Assembly: GCA_973895155.1 (NCBI GenBank)
Contig: OZ316893.1
Coordinates: 1,054,860 to 1,118,859 of the forward strand
DNA: 64,000 bases
Reading direction: 5' to 3'
Source: Marsupella aquatica
Lineage: Eukaryota > Plantae > Marchantiophyta
The stretch's first letter is position 1. Each line of letters opens with the position of its first letter. The notes below the pieces were generated by a model that worked only from the letters and a program-made list of their open reading frames with translations, did no database searches and was not told the origin of the DNA. This document shows, piece by piece, positions 36,801 to 48,481 of this stretch. The translations under genes were made by a program, and so were the position numbers.

Positions 36801-38681
36801 GGCCTAGGTTTTCTAGAGTGAAGCCTGTAGACCGTAAGTTCTCCAGGCTCATCATGTGGATGGGAAAACTGATGACTATGATGTATGTCAAATGCAAATA
36901 ATGCGTGCCTTTTGTCATGATTTATATTTATATTAAAAATGAGCTCTATGGCCCCACCATAACATATGTGGAATGTGCAGAGAAACAAAAATGATAACAT
37001 GCATGATGGTTTTTTTATCATTTCATTCAATTTCAAAAAATGTGAATAAGGAATTTATTTTGGTGACATTTTTATTGCCCTTCCTATTATTCATATTCAA
37101 AGAACGGGTAATCGGGGCTAGTAGATACTAATCAACAATATTTCTTTCGGACATTCTATTGGGTACCCAAAATGCTCATCTTCTCTTGGTGTTTTATGTT
37201 AGCAATGAGTGAAGACGTTGCGCGCAGCTACAATATGCTTGTTCCATATTATGTTGCCATATTGTCCTTGACTCCTTACAAGTGCCAGGTGTTAATCTTA
37301 GATTTGTTCAGACACTTCTAACTACTAAAAACATTACTGAAGTGACCCCAACTTCCTATTATAAGTATGATGTGGTGAATGAGATTCCTTTAAACCTGTC
37401 TCCTTTTTTAGCATTGTTTTGGAGCCCAAAAAACTGATTTTTCCTTTGCTTTTGCAATTACAGTGAAGCATTACTTTTGCATGACAAAGGATTAAACTAT
37501 ACAACAAGACAGTTAATTTGCTATCTTGCCATCAATTCTAAATGTTTGAGAATTTTGATTAAAGTCACTTGGAGGTGTGGAGATACTGGGAAACCAGACA
37601 TGTATCCAAGAAACAGGCATGCACGTGGAACCTGTATAAAATACTGCAAAGAACAAAAGATGCCATACCCGGAGACAGGACCCCAAGGGCAAGAAACCGA
37701 ATAAAGTATAGAATTTAAAAAATGGGGGGAGGTAACATTGACCCGCCCCATAAGGCAGGAGTTACGACCTCACCTGTCTCATAGCATATATTATTTTCCC
37801 CTCAATTCTTGATCAGCCGCCGCCTCAAATGCAACAGAGACCATCACGTCAGGAACAATTTCCACGCCCGCGGGCTTTCCTTACGGTAACCGAAGATCAG
37901 CTCCCATAACTTTTACAGGAGTTCCCATAATACTTGAGTTATGGGAGGGCTTTATCTTGTTAAGGCCAAGCTTTGAGACGCCCTAAATGATGCAATGACA
38001 AAACTTCCCTTTTGACTATCCTACTAAACCCGGTTGCAAACTTTAGTCTGACCACTTTCCGCATTGACAAAACAGACGTGACAGCAACACTTCTGCTTCA
38101 ACAAGACTCCATTTTTGGATACCTTGCCCAGTTTGACAACACATTCACTTTGACACTTCATTTTGATTGATTTGTGCATTGACAATACTTGTACTTCCAC
38201 AACATTGTCCCTTGACAACAATTTTGCTGGAGAACACTTCCTCTCCACAGCATTGCATTGGGCTAGTTAAGCCCATACAAACAATAGAGAACTTGAGATA
38301 TGTTGGGAAATCCGAGAGCTTCTCAAAAATGCCATTGAGCCTGCAAATATCTTTCATTCTTGTGAGGGCTTGTAATACTAAACTCGGAACAAATGCTGGC
38401 ACCAAAAGGGTGGGGACCTGGCATTAAGGCACATTGACTGACACAAAACTTGTGTCTACAGATTGAGCTGCAAAATTGAGCAACTACACCGAGCAGGAAT
38501 TGATAAATTACAGTAGTTGCCATAAATTTGGCATTCCACTTAAGAATGTCAGACTTAAAAAGTGCTTATTTAAATCAAGTATTGTTGCACTTCTCAACTA
38601 TTGTATCGTGCAATTCTCACTAATCTAAATTCTCGACATTCAGTATAATGCTTACTAATCTAAAGTTTCTACATTCACTGT

Positions 38682-38988
38682 GACGCTTTCTGCCAATGCA
38701 AAGTGACAAAGGCTTAGTATTTAAGTCAATTCGGCATGCTGGCCCAAGGGACTGTTTGTTGGATTGTGTTTTCATAGTGTTGTGTCCACCAATAACGTAT
38801 CCTTGGAAACCTGGCGATCGAATGCTAGAAGCACAGACGCTTTCTGCCAATGCAAGTGACAAAGGCTTAGTATTTAAGTCAATTCGGCATGCTGGCCCAA
38901 GGGTCTGTTTGTTGGATTGTGTTTTCATAGTGTTGTGTCCACCAATAACGTATCCTTGGAAACCTGGCGATCGAATTCTAGAAGCACA
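38682..38988. repeat. Near-identical ~154-bp tandem duplication
   Basis: GACGCTTTCTGCCAATGCAA...CTAGAAGCACA occurs twice with about 3 differences. Confidence 0.95.
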
Positions 38989-39624
38989 AAATTATTGCTG
39001 TGGAGTACAAAATAGCTAAATTAATTGTCATCTTCTCTTTGTACGATTGATTAATTCTCAGAGTTTCCTGATGTGGGAGAAACAAGTCAAAGGCAAACCT
39101 GAAGAGTTGACTTCACATTTCCAATACAGAGTGTTGATCACCTGATTGTTCGAAAACGGGTGTGGTGTTTAAGATTTGTACCGGTTGGGCTGTATTGAGG
39201 TTATTTTTATGGTTTTGGATGAGCTTGGATGGTTTTCTATGCTCGATCTAAGCGCAATGCTCAGGCAAGTCAGGTCAATCTCCAATGAAACAAATCACCT
39301 CATAATGTACAGAGTACAACTTGTTTCCGATATCCGTAAGCCAGTAAAATTTCATCAAGACTTTCTCGGTATCCTTCGATTGATTCTGGTGGACTACAAA
39401 ATTGAATCAAACTTTTATGCCCTACCTGCTAGGGATGATTCTCTTTGACCTTAATGGAAAACAGGCCCAATCACAAAGCCTCGTTCTGAAGAGAATCTGA
39501 AGGTGCTTTGGACGCAGTGGACCTTAAACGTACTCAAGGGAAACTGTCCTGACTACTCGTACTTGAGAGGTCATTGATAAATAATTGACTACAGGGTATT
39601 TACACACGTGGGGAAACATTCTCC

Positions 39625-41765
39625 TCAGCCAACCATAGCCCGCTTGCGGCCTCTTAAGCGCACTGCACAATCCGGCAGAGAGGATCAATGATGTGACACT
39701 CTGTTATGTTTCTATCATAGTACGCCCTTCGACAACATTGACTTGGAATGATTGAGGATGATTACCTGCAGCTAGCTTGTTCATGGTAGAGCTCCATAAC
39801 TTTGATGACTGTTTGTAAGCAGCGAGCACCAACTTGATCTGCAATCACAACTCAAAAAAATTCAAACACTTTGTGTGGCACCCATTTTGGTATCAACCCA
39901 CCAGAGAAGGTGACACTAATATCCGCAGCAACTGGGAACTGGATCCGATTCTATTCCAAAAGGAAGGATTTCCTGATCGGTGGATTTTGTTCCTCCGATC
40001 AATTGCAACCAGACACTTGATGAAGAACAAAAGCGCAATCCAGTGTTAGTGACAGGTCAAGTGCCTCCACCAACTCCTAATGATCTTGTCTCCAAAGATA
40101 GCAAGGCAAAAGCATTCCAAAAGGCCGAAAAGGACGACACTCACAATATCACCGTTGGAAGAGTGCAGAGCGATTAATGCACGTTCCAAAACATAAAGAT
40201 CTACAGCCTTATCCTCTGGAAGACTAGATGTGAAGGCCAAGCCAAAATCAATCATAACCTGCATATTAATCCAACGAGACTCCCTAATGTCAGAGATGGC
40301 TAATCCAAGCTGCTTCAGTGCAATTACGTCAGTAACTCATTCTGTAAGCTTCAGGACAAAGCTGCACAACAAGCTTTCAGTGCCTAAACCCTAAACCCTA
40401 AACCCTAAATGACAATTAAGTCTCCACAAGGTTCAATGTTAGGAACATGCAGCTCGGAGTAAAAAATTGGAGAATGAAGTCACCAGTTGATTAGAGTCCG
40501 CCTCCAAAAGCATGTTAGACGTTGTAAGGTCTCCATGAATCAAACCTCCGTCATGAAGTCTTGCTATAGTTTTACCAATCTGACTTGCTACCCCTTCTAC
40601 CGTCCCATCTGATTCAAGAACAGAGTCACAACATGAAAAAGTTTAGAGAGAAGAGACAAGTTGTACAGACTCTATGCTCTATTAGCAGCTTACCATCCGG
40701 TAGATAGAAACTCAAAACGTGACATCTCGTCTAGCATGAAGCATAAGCACGTGCAGCAGCGTGATCGGTAATTCTTGGCCTATATTGTGCCTAGTTCCCC
40801 AGTATTCAAAGATCTGTTGGCAATTTCTGTCGAAGGTGAGGAAACTCATTTTCAAAACTCTATTCTCTTCCAGTCTTCCAGCCGATTAGTTTCAGGAGAG
40901 AATGTTCAAGAACTCAACCTCACATCTCAGAGAGGAGTCCTTGTCAATCTGCTTCATTGGCTTAGAATGTTACAGCCATACCTGAACTGGGAAGAGGACC
41001 GGATTGAATTAACAGGTCCTTGACACTCAGCCCCGGAACAAATTCAAATGTGAGGGTAGCAGTTCCTGGGTCCACAGCATACAAGGCTGGTGTACGCACT
41101 CCAAGTCTTCGAGACTTAGCTACACTCCGAGCTTCCTATTACACAAAATGAGAATTGTCGATCCATGAATCCATGCCCGGCAGCACCACCACAATAAAAC
41201 CTATACTCCAAACCCGAAACCCTACCGTCACGAAGACGGGTTGTGACATAATTACTACAAAAAAGTAACACTTACAAGAAATATAACCACCTGAGACAAT
41301 GCAAGGGAGAGAGCGTACCCCCAAAAGACGCTTGCTGGTCAGTTTGGAATCGAGAACGGGATGGCGATACTTTTTCGAAAACCTTTCCTTCACAATTGCC
41401 TTCCTGCCCATAAAAGATGTCTCAAACACTCTCTGCAACACGACACGTAACGAATAAATCCTCTCAGACGGCCATCAAATCCTCTGCGCGGCCGTTGGAT
41501 GATCGCTTGGCCACCACACAACACAACCTCAGTAAACCAGTATCCACCAGACCGCGCTCTGGCAAGCTGAATGGAATTCATCCTCCGGCCAAGTGTAAAA
41601 GAAATCATACTCAGCTCTCTACAATGGGCGAATTAAGGAATGCGGAACGCATACTGCTTCAGCTCCTTGTTTGAACAGCCTTTTCTCGATGACGCCCTCC
41701 AGCTCCTCAGCAGGTTGCTGCAGGTGCTCGTGCTCATCCCCCTGCATGGCATCCGAGGCCACCAT
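39625..41765 (-). CDS. BUD32: EKC/KEOPS kinase BUD32/TP53RK, 242 aa. Exons 41765-41655, 41432-41319, 41135-40982, 40608-40484, 40258-40145, 39838-39766, 39662-39625
   Basis: Motifs [52 protein letters not shown] and C-terminal [12 protein letters not shown]. The exons sum to 729 nt with GT-AG junctions. Confidence 0.96.
40383..40409. repeat. Interstitial telomere-like (CCCTAAA)x~4 in BUD32 intron 4
   Basis: CCTAAACCCTAAACCCTAAACCCTAAA. Confidence 0.85.
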
Positions 41766-41924
41766 CGTCCTTCCCTCGGTATTCGCCGGTACCGCCAGCC
41801 TCCAAAGCACCAGTGTAAAGGTCTAGTCTAATTAGCTCGTTAGATTGATCGGTCACCGAATCTCCCTCCCTCCTCGACTACGGCGCCGACTACTTCACTC
41901 TCCCTCATGCTACAATTTTGCCGA

Positions 41925-42789
41925 TAACCGGTATTCTTGCCAAGGAGAGCACCTCATTGGCTCTCCTTCTCCCTCATGCTGCTTCTTGTTCTCCCCATAG
42001 GGTAAGCGACCAAAACTGCTCACAACTTGTACAATGAAGCACGACCTCAGTTGCTGTGGACGACAACATAACGATCCCAATTAACTACTGTATTGACAGT
42101 AAGGAAAGGAAATGCATTGATTCAGAATGATTTCGAACAGATGGAGGTGAAGCACATGGAGGAGAACAGTCGAGCAATCACATTTGGAATCAGATGCACA
42201 CAAACTGAGAAACGTCTGTACAGAAAAAAACGACAGTAAGCAAATGAACACGGCATTCAAACGGATGATATCTCTTACCGATCGTGAGTTGAAATCGTGA
42301 GCTCCAATCCTGAGTTGAAATCGTGACCTGAAATTTCCTAGTGATCTGTCAACCACTGTCAAGCAGTGCTCAATCGCAAGCTGATTTTGTGAGCCTAATG
42401 AGTCTTGAAAACTGATATCGGGCAGCAGGGCAAAATGGCAACAAGTCGAGCGTTTTTCCTCAAAGCGTTTCTGAAGAAAAAAAAACAAGGGATACCTGGT
42501 GGGATGCTCAGTGATAGTCGCGAGCTGCAATCGCGAGCTGCGTGCTTCCCCCAACATCGAGCGCCGCTAAGCACATAGGATGCACGCACTGTGCTGCTGC
42601 TGCACTCGCAGAGATAGAAACAGCCAGAAGGTCGCGTTTTTCCCAAAGGAAAAGGGGATGGCATTAGGGTCGGGCTGCGACCGTAGCGATGGTGGGGACG
42701 GGGTGCTCAAGCTCGATGGTGGGTTAGGTTAACCCAACCCGGGAGAAGGAGAGCCAATGAGGTGCTCCCCTTGGCAAGAATACCGGTTA
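41925..42789. repeat. 49-bp inverted repeat pair (48/49 identical) ~770 bp apart
   Basis: 41925-41973 matches the reverse complement of 42741-42789. Confidence 0.9.
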
Positions 42790-44829
42790 GAGAAGCCTTC
42801 TACCACTTGGGGTGCAGTAGGGCGTCTCAAATATGGTCTTTTTTCTTAGCAGGACTGTGCTGGTCAGGGCAACGGTCCCTACTGGTTCGGCGCCAAATAT
42901 GAGACCGGACCAGTCACACCCGGGATTTGGGACCGAGTTGGAGGGCCCAACTGCGCATAACCGCTGTTAACGTAGGCTTCAGGGTGATCACACAAATGAG
43001 CCACACAACGGATCCATAGAAGAGTACCTCACGACTCTACTAGCTGCATCGACGAGACAGCAAAAGGTGAACCTTACGAGTGTTCGACGCAATTGATAAG
43101 GGAGGGCAGCTTTGTCAGCTTTGCTATGTCCGGGGAGTCGAGGTGGGACAGCTTCAACGAAAGGTTCTGGGTGTGCTAAATGTGAAGGTCTTTGCTGGTT
43201 TAATGCAAATCTGTAAGGGGTCTCTTTGCCCATCAACATTTTGCAACCATTTGCTTTTCATGTGATTGTCAATTTGTGTTGCGTCCTCAAATGCTTGAAA
43301 TACTTGCGTCTTGTTGGCATTATTCCAGGCCATGGGGGACTAGACACCCCTTGTGGTTGTGGAGGATGCTAGACTTGTAGGACAATTGAGTCCTTCCCAC
43401 TCTCTCTAGTCTGGGCAGGGAAATAAGTGGCCGAAAATCCTTTTCCAAGGTGGTTCACATACTCTGCTTGTACTGAGCCCCGTGAGCCAGGCGTACCTTG
43501 TAAAAAATCTCTGGAGTTTGGTAAAAAATGTGGGCATTCTGCCCATGGAGAGCCCAAGTATAGATTCCAACTCATTTTGTTTTATGTGGAGAATTTTGAT
43601 GTTGCATTTGGAGTTGTGCAAGTCTTGGAAGTTGAGACAAGGCGAGCCCTAATGTATTCAAAGGTAGTGCTTTTTGGGAGGGAAGACCCATTGCCTTATT
43701 GGCAGATCCCTATCTCTGATGTCCCAATAATCAATCTTGGAGATTTTGATGAGGAGGCAAACAACTATGTGACAACAACGAATGTTGGAAGTGGGTAGAC
43801 GGAATCCACCCAAGATTCGTCTGCTTCACATGGGGAGCAACTGGAATGTGCAAAACCTACTCCTGCTACAGATGGACCACCAACTACCTGATATGGGTAG
43901 TCCATGGAGCAGTTGAACAAGGTTTATGGAGTTGAATACATAATTTGTGCTGCCAATTTTCCAATTTGAAGCTCGTAGAGTTTAACTTCAGTAGTAGCTA
44001 AGCTTTCCATTTTGCAATAGACATTTTGGCCCGATTTGCATTATACAAAATGTAGTTAGTTTATGTTAAACCACGCATCGGGGTATAAAAGCCCCCAGAG
44101 TACTGTCCGGCCTCACTCAGTATGTGCTGTGGGGCCACCTGGTACTGTGCGGACCTGCCCGTCCCGTCTAATTTTGAGTCCATTGCTGTGAAATCTATGA
44201 ACTTCCAATCCGAGCAGATGCACCTTTTGGACCTGTACTCAATTCACTTTGTGCCAACACGATAATGAAATGGTTACAGTATGTGTTGTTTCACTTCCAT
44301 TTGCACAGTGGAGGTGTTGTTGGTCCAAGAGATTTTCATGTCACTTGTGTGGAGTGTGGATTGGATTCTTGAGTGCATGACATAAGTATCGATTTGTAAT
44401 CGTCTGAAGTCAAATTTGAACAACACATTACCTGGAATCAGTTACAATCATATATTTAGTTTCATTATTTTCAAAATAGGCACCCGATACAAACCTTGTC
44501 ACCATTTTCAGGACAATGCGGAATTTTGCAAAAAATTGAAATAATGAAACATTGAAACATGGTCCTTCATGTTTGGACCCTTACCATTATGAGGAACTTG
44601 GCAACATGAAGAATTGTTTGAACATGAAGAACAGGCCTAGAAGCCCAAGACAAACTTTTGAGTCAAAAGGAGTTGTGCAAAATTGAGGTATTCCCCTCAT
44701 TTTTTATTGAGAAAAATCTTTCTAAGCCAGCCACAATTGTATATGAAAGAAATTTGTGTTTAAACCTGGTTGACCAAAATAGGTATTACGACTCGTACTG
44801 CCAAATGAGCTATGGGCTAACCGAATTAG

Positions 44830-46147
44830 GGACAAAGTCAGTCCCTAAGTGTATAATGCTCATCATTTGCTTGAAATGTTCAGGCGATTGGTTCTGCCTA
44901 ACAACTTCTTGGAGCAACATTATGGCTTGCTGAGCTCTAATAATAGCAAGCTAATGTTTCAATTCAATTCTTGCCCGCTTGTCTTCTTGTATGTGCTGAA
45001 GCCGTTCTCTTTTGGCCAGGTCTGCTGTTTGGGCATCTCAAATTGCCTTCTCTCTTAATGCATCTATTTCTCTAGCTTCTTTCCTCTCAGTAGCTTTTTG
45101 TGCTCTCCATTGGTCCTTTGCATCAATCAATTAATTCTGAAAGCATTTTTCTCTTGCAAATTTTCTGCATACACCTCAAGCAGATTGGGCCTAGATGTGG
45201 CTTGTGTTGCTGATGGCCTCTTGCCCTTTCGCGTGAGGCCATTGACTACCTCGTTCAAGTGTGACACTTGGGTGAGCAAACATTGTCCCTTTGCTATGAC
45301 CTTGTGAATGTGCTGGTGCTGATGTGGGGATGGATGCTCGAGTTGACCGTGACTCTTTAATAGTGGGAATGTTCAATTCAAACTGGCACTTGGGCTTGAC
45401 TGCTGTTGGAGGTATTGATTCATCTGCATAGCTATTTCTGCTAGCAGGAGGGTGAGACGCGTCATCATCATTGTCAGTTAATGTCTAGGCAAACTGAAAT
45501 TCGGAATTGTTTGCAACAGAAATTCCATAGTAAGCACGTAAATGAGAAATTGCGATTGCCCATATTTGAGAAGCTTATGTTCTGTGCAAAAGTGAAGACA
45601 ATGCTGCAGATCAAAATGTTCTATCTTACCAAGTTTGTGGTAGTTGGGGTCCTCCTGGGGTTCCTCTAGAAATGGCAATTCCGATTCAGGAAGCTCATTG
45701 TCGTCAGAACCAACATCAACATCTCAATCAACATGATGCATGGCCAGACAAACCAACAGCGACTATGCTGGGAGGAGAAATGTTTGCTCTCTCCCCATAA
45801 ATTGCGTGCATATGTTCACAATGGGGGCAGATCTCCTTGTACATTTCTGCTAGTGTAAGACCCTATCTCAACTCAACTTCTGTGAATCCAGCACCAGAGT
45901 CCCGCTTCATCACAAGTGCCTCTTTATATTTCTTTAAGAAACGCTGAAACCTTTGCCCAAGGTGCCTATTGTCACAAACTTGGGAAACCCATATATGGTC
46001 ATGCAAATCGATGGACATCTTTTTGAAAGTAGTCTTCCTTGGAGGATGCTTACCAGTGACGAATGGGCGACTATTGGTGCCTTTGAGCGTAGCGAAGTTC
46101 TCAGGCACCTCCAGCCAATCGCCGATCCTAGCAAGGTGTTGTGGCAT
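44830..46147 (-). pseudogene. Decayed Myb/SANT-like plus coiled-coil ORF, resembling the PIF/Harbinger accessory protein
   Basis: DWLEVPENF..LKG...QRFQRFLKKYKEAL..KRDSGAGFTE.E..*GLTL....KEICPH.E.MHAIYG is followed by a low-complexity linker and an E/K/R-rich tail. Several stops and frameshifts. No transposase was seen nearby. Confidence 0.55.
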
Positions 46148-47681
46148 GAGCTTCCTATTATCTCATGTTGGACCCATACCTATAGCTTGTGAGACCATTT
46201 CAGTGTCAGATTCAGAAACCGGAAATCAAGGATGACAACTTCAGTAGGCAAATACCGAGGGCGATTTGGATAATGAAATGTCTTGAGAGATCTCTATGTT
46301 TAGTATCGCTACTGGCACCTGAGAAATTTTGATGGATGGTCCTACATTGGGCAAGGGAATCACAATTTTGAAATCTTGAAGGAATCGAGCAAAGCATTCA
46401 TGGAGCTCCCAACACATTATCGTCCATTTGAGAAATCCAGGGGGAATCAACGAGGTTCTGATATGAGTGTAGTCATCAACCTCAGCTTAACCACAGGAAA
46501 CCACTTTTCGCACACCGCCGCGGACCCTACTCAATGTTGACTACCCTTAAAAAATCCGTCCCGAATGTACCCAGATTTGGGTGCCGGAGAGCTTCGTGGG
46601 CCGCCCGTGAGGTCATGATTTTTTTCATATTTGAGACGCCCTGGTATATTTGGAAGGAGCAGAATTCACACTTCATTGACCACAGCCAATCCAATTCACA
46701 TGCTGTCATTCAAAAATCCTGGCATAGACTGGCAGTCCATATTTGGATGTATTGGGCTACACACCTTTAGAGGATTGGAGATGGAAGGTCCACCAAAGAG
46801 AAGGCCTACTCGTGTTTATATTACGGGGCATATGCTGGCTTGTGGGAGATATATCTGGACCAACTTCAAGTCCCACAGGTCCCACCCGGCCTGCCATGAT
46901 TCTAAGATAGTTTCATAGTACTTGACTCTTTAGTGCAAGTTTGACTGATAATAATGTATGTCTATCACAAACCCACTGAATGAAACCTGAACACTGGCCA
47001 GTCTGATGGTGTTTGTTTCTCCTCTTTGCAGTAATTATATGGTTTGTTTGTGTAGTGTCATTCCTGGTACCGGCCTCACCGGTTTTTAGCACTTCCTAGC
47101 TCTGGTCCACCTTAATAAAATGGCTTGTTGGTGTAAGGTCATTCCTGGTACAGGCCTCAGGGGTTGTTTAGCACTTCCTAGCTCTGGTCCACCCCCACGT
47201 GGACCCCCTTTTGGCTACCTATTTGCATTTCATCGGGTACAAGTGTTCACTATTCTTGGTAGGGGTGAAGCTATTGGTCTTAGAGACTCTGGTATGATTC
47301 TTTTGCTTGACCTTACTATACAGTTCACACCATACTTATACCAAGCTCTTCAGTTTGCTGGTAGGTAGACTTTAGGCTTCTGGTTTTAGGTCTCTTGTTT
47401 CATGGTCTTTCTTGACCCTTTGGTTGTCCCCCCTTGATTGGGTCCTTTGAATGAGGGATCATGTATCCTGGTTGGGCACACTTTGTTTTTTGACACCTCT
47501 ATATATATATTTGTATGCAGTCTTTGCCAATGAAATTCAAAATTATTTGGAAGGCAAACAATAAAATAAAAAATTCTCGCTCTGGTGGGGGGCTGCCCTA
47601 CCAAGAGAGAGGGAGAAAACAATGTGACCCTGAATTTCTCGGTCCTCGAGTATCGTTTGCGACACTGGTAGTTGGTAATCA

Positions 47682-47894
47682 TGACGTACACCTCATGGTT
47701 ATTTTGATCAATAATAAGAACATCAGAATCTTCAGACCAAACGCTCTTTCGTCACTGGGTTCCTCAATGGTGAAATCACGTCCACTCTTACGTCACTTAT
47801 TGTGACGGAACCCTCTTTCGTCAGTCGCTTTTCGTCACTCTCCTCTCGTCAATGGTCAATCAGGTACACCGACCTGTGGCAGAACCTCATGACG
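47682..47894. promoter_or_regulatory. Cluster of eight TGACG (as-1/TGA-type) motifs upstream of ALDH2
   Basis: TGACG at 47682, 47803 and 47890. CGTCA at 47750, 47791, 47819, 47833 and 47847. Confidence 0.65.
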
Positions 47895-48481
47895 ATCTCG
47901 TCGTCTCCTCGCCGATCCTATCCAATTTCCGTATTGGTGTTCAGAAGTAACGAAGCATGCAAGCAGATCGACTGACAGAGCGATCCATCGAGAGAGTCCC
48001 GACAAATGTTACGTAACTAAGTGCAGGCGAAAGAAATTATTGCGAAATATTTGTGTAGTATGACTTCTCGGTCGGATCAACGACTCCGGATAACGGACCA
48101 CAGTCTATACAGGTGGAGCCGACCGCAGACTCCATGCATAGTGCTCGACAGATTTCGGTGTCCGAGACAAGTGAATCTTATTGGGTTCTTTTCGAGATCC
48201 CAATCACGTAATATAATGAGTAGCAGATTTAGACCGGTAGTGCATTTGAAGCTTGACGTTCTCGCAATGGCTGTCGGTCTTATATGATCATCATTCGGAC
48301 TGACCAGCACATCCATCAAGAGAGATACTGATATATTAGTGCAGCGGAAGAACGGATTGACGTCCTCGCGACTGCACATTTCAGTTTCGCTTCTGGTTCA
48401 ATAGTTCTTCCCTCATCCTTTCCGCAGCTGATTGCTATACGCTGCTCGTACAAGAAGAAGATATTTGGACTGAGCTCGGAG

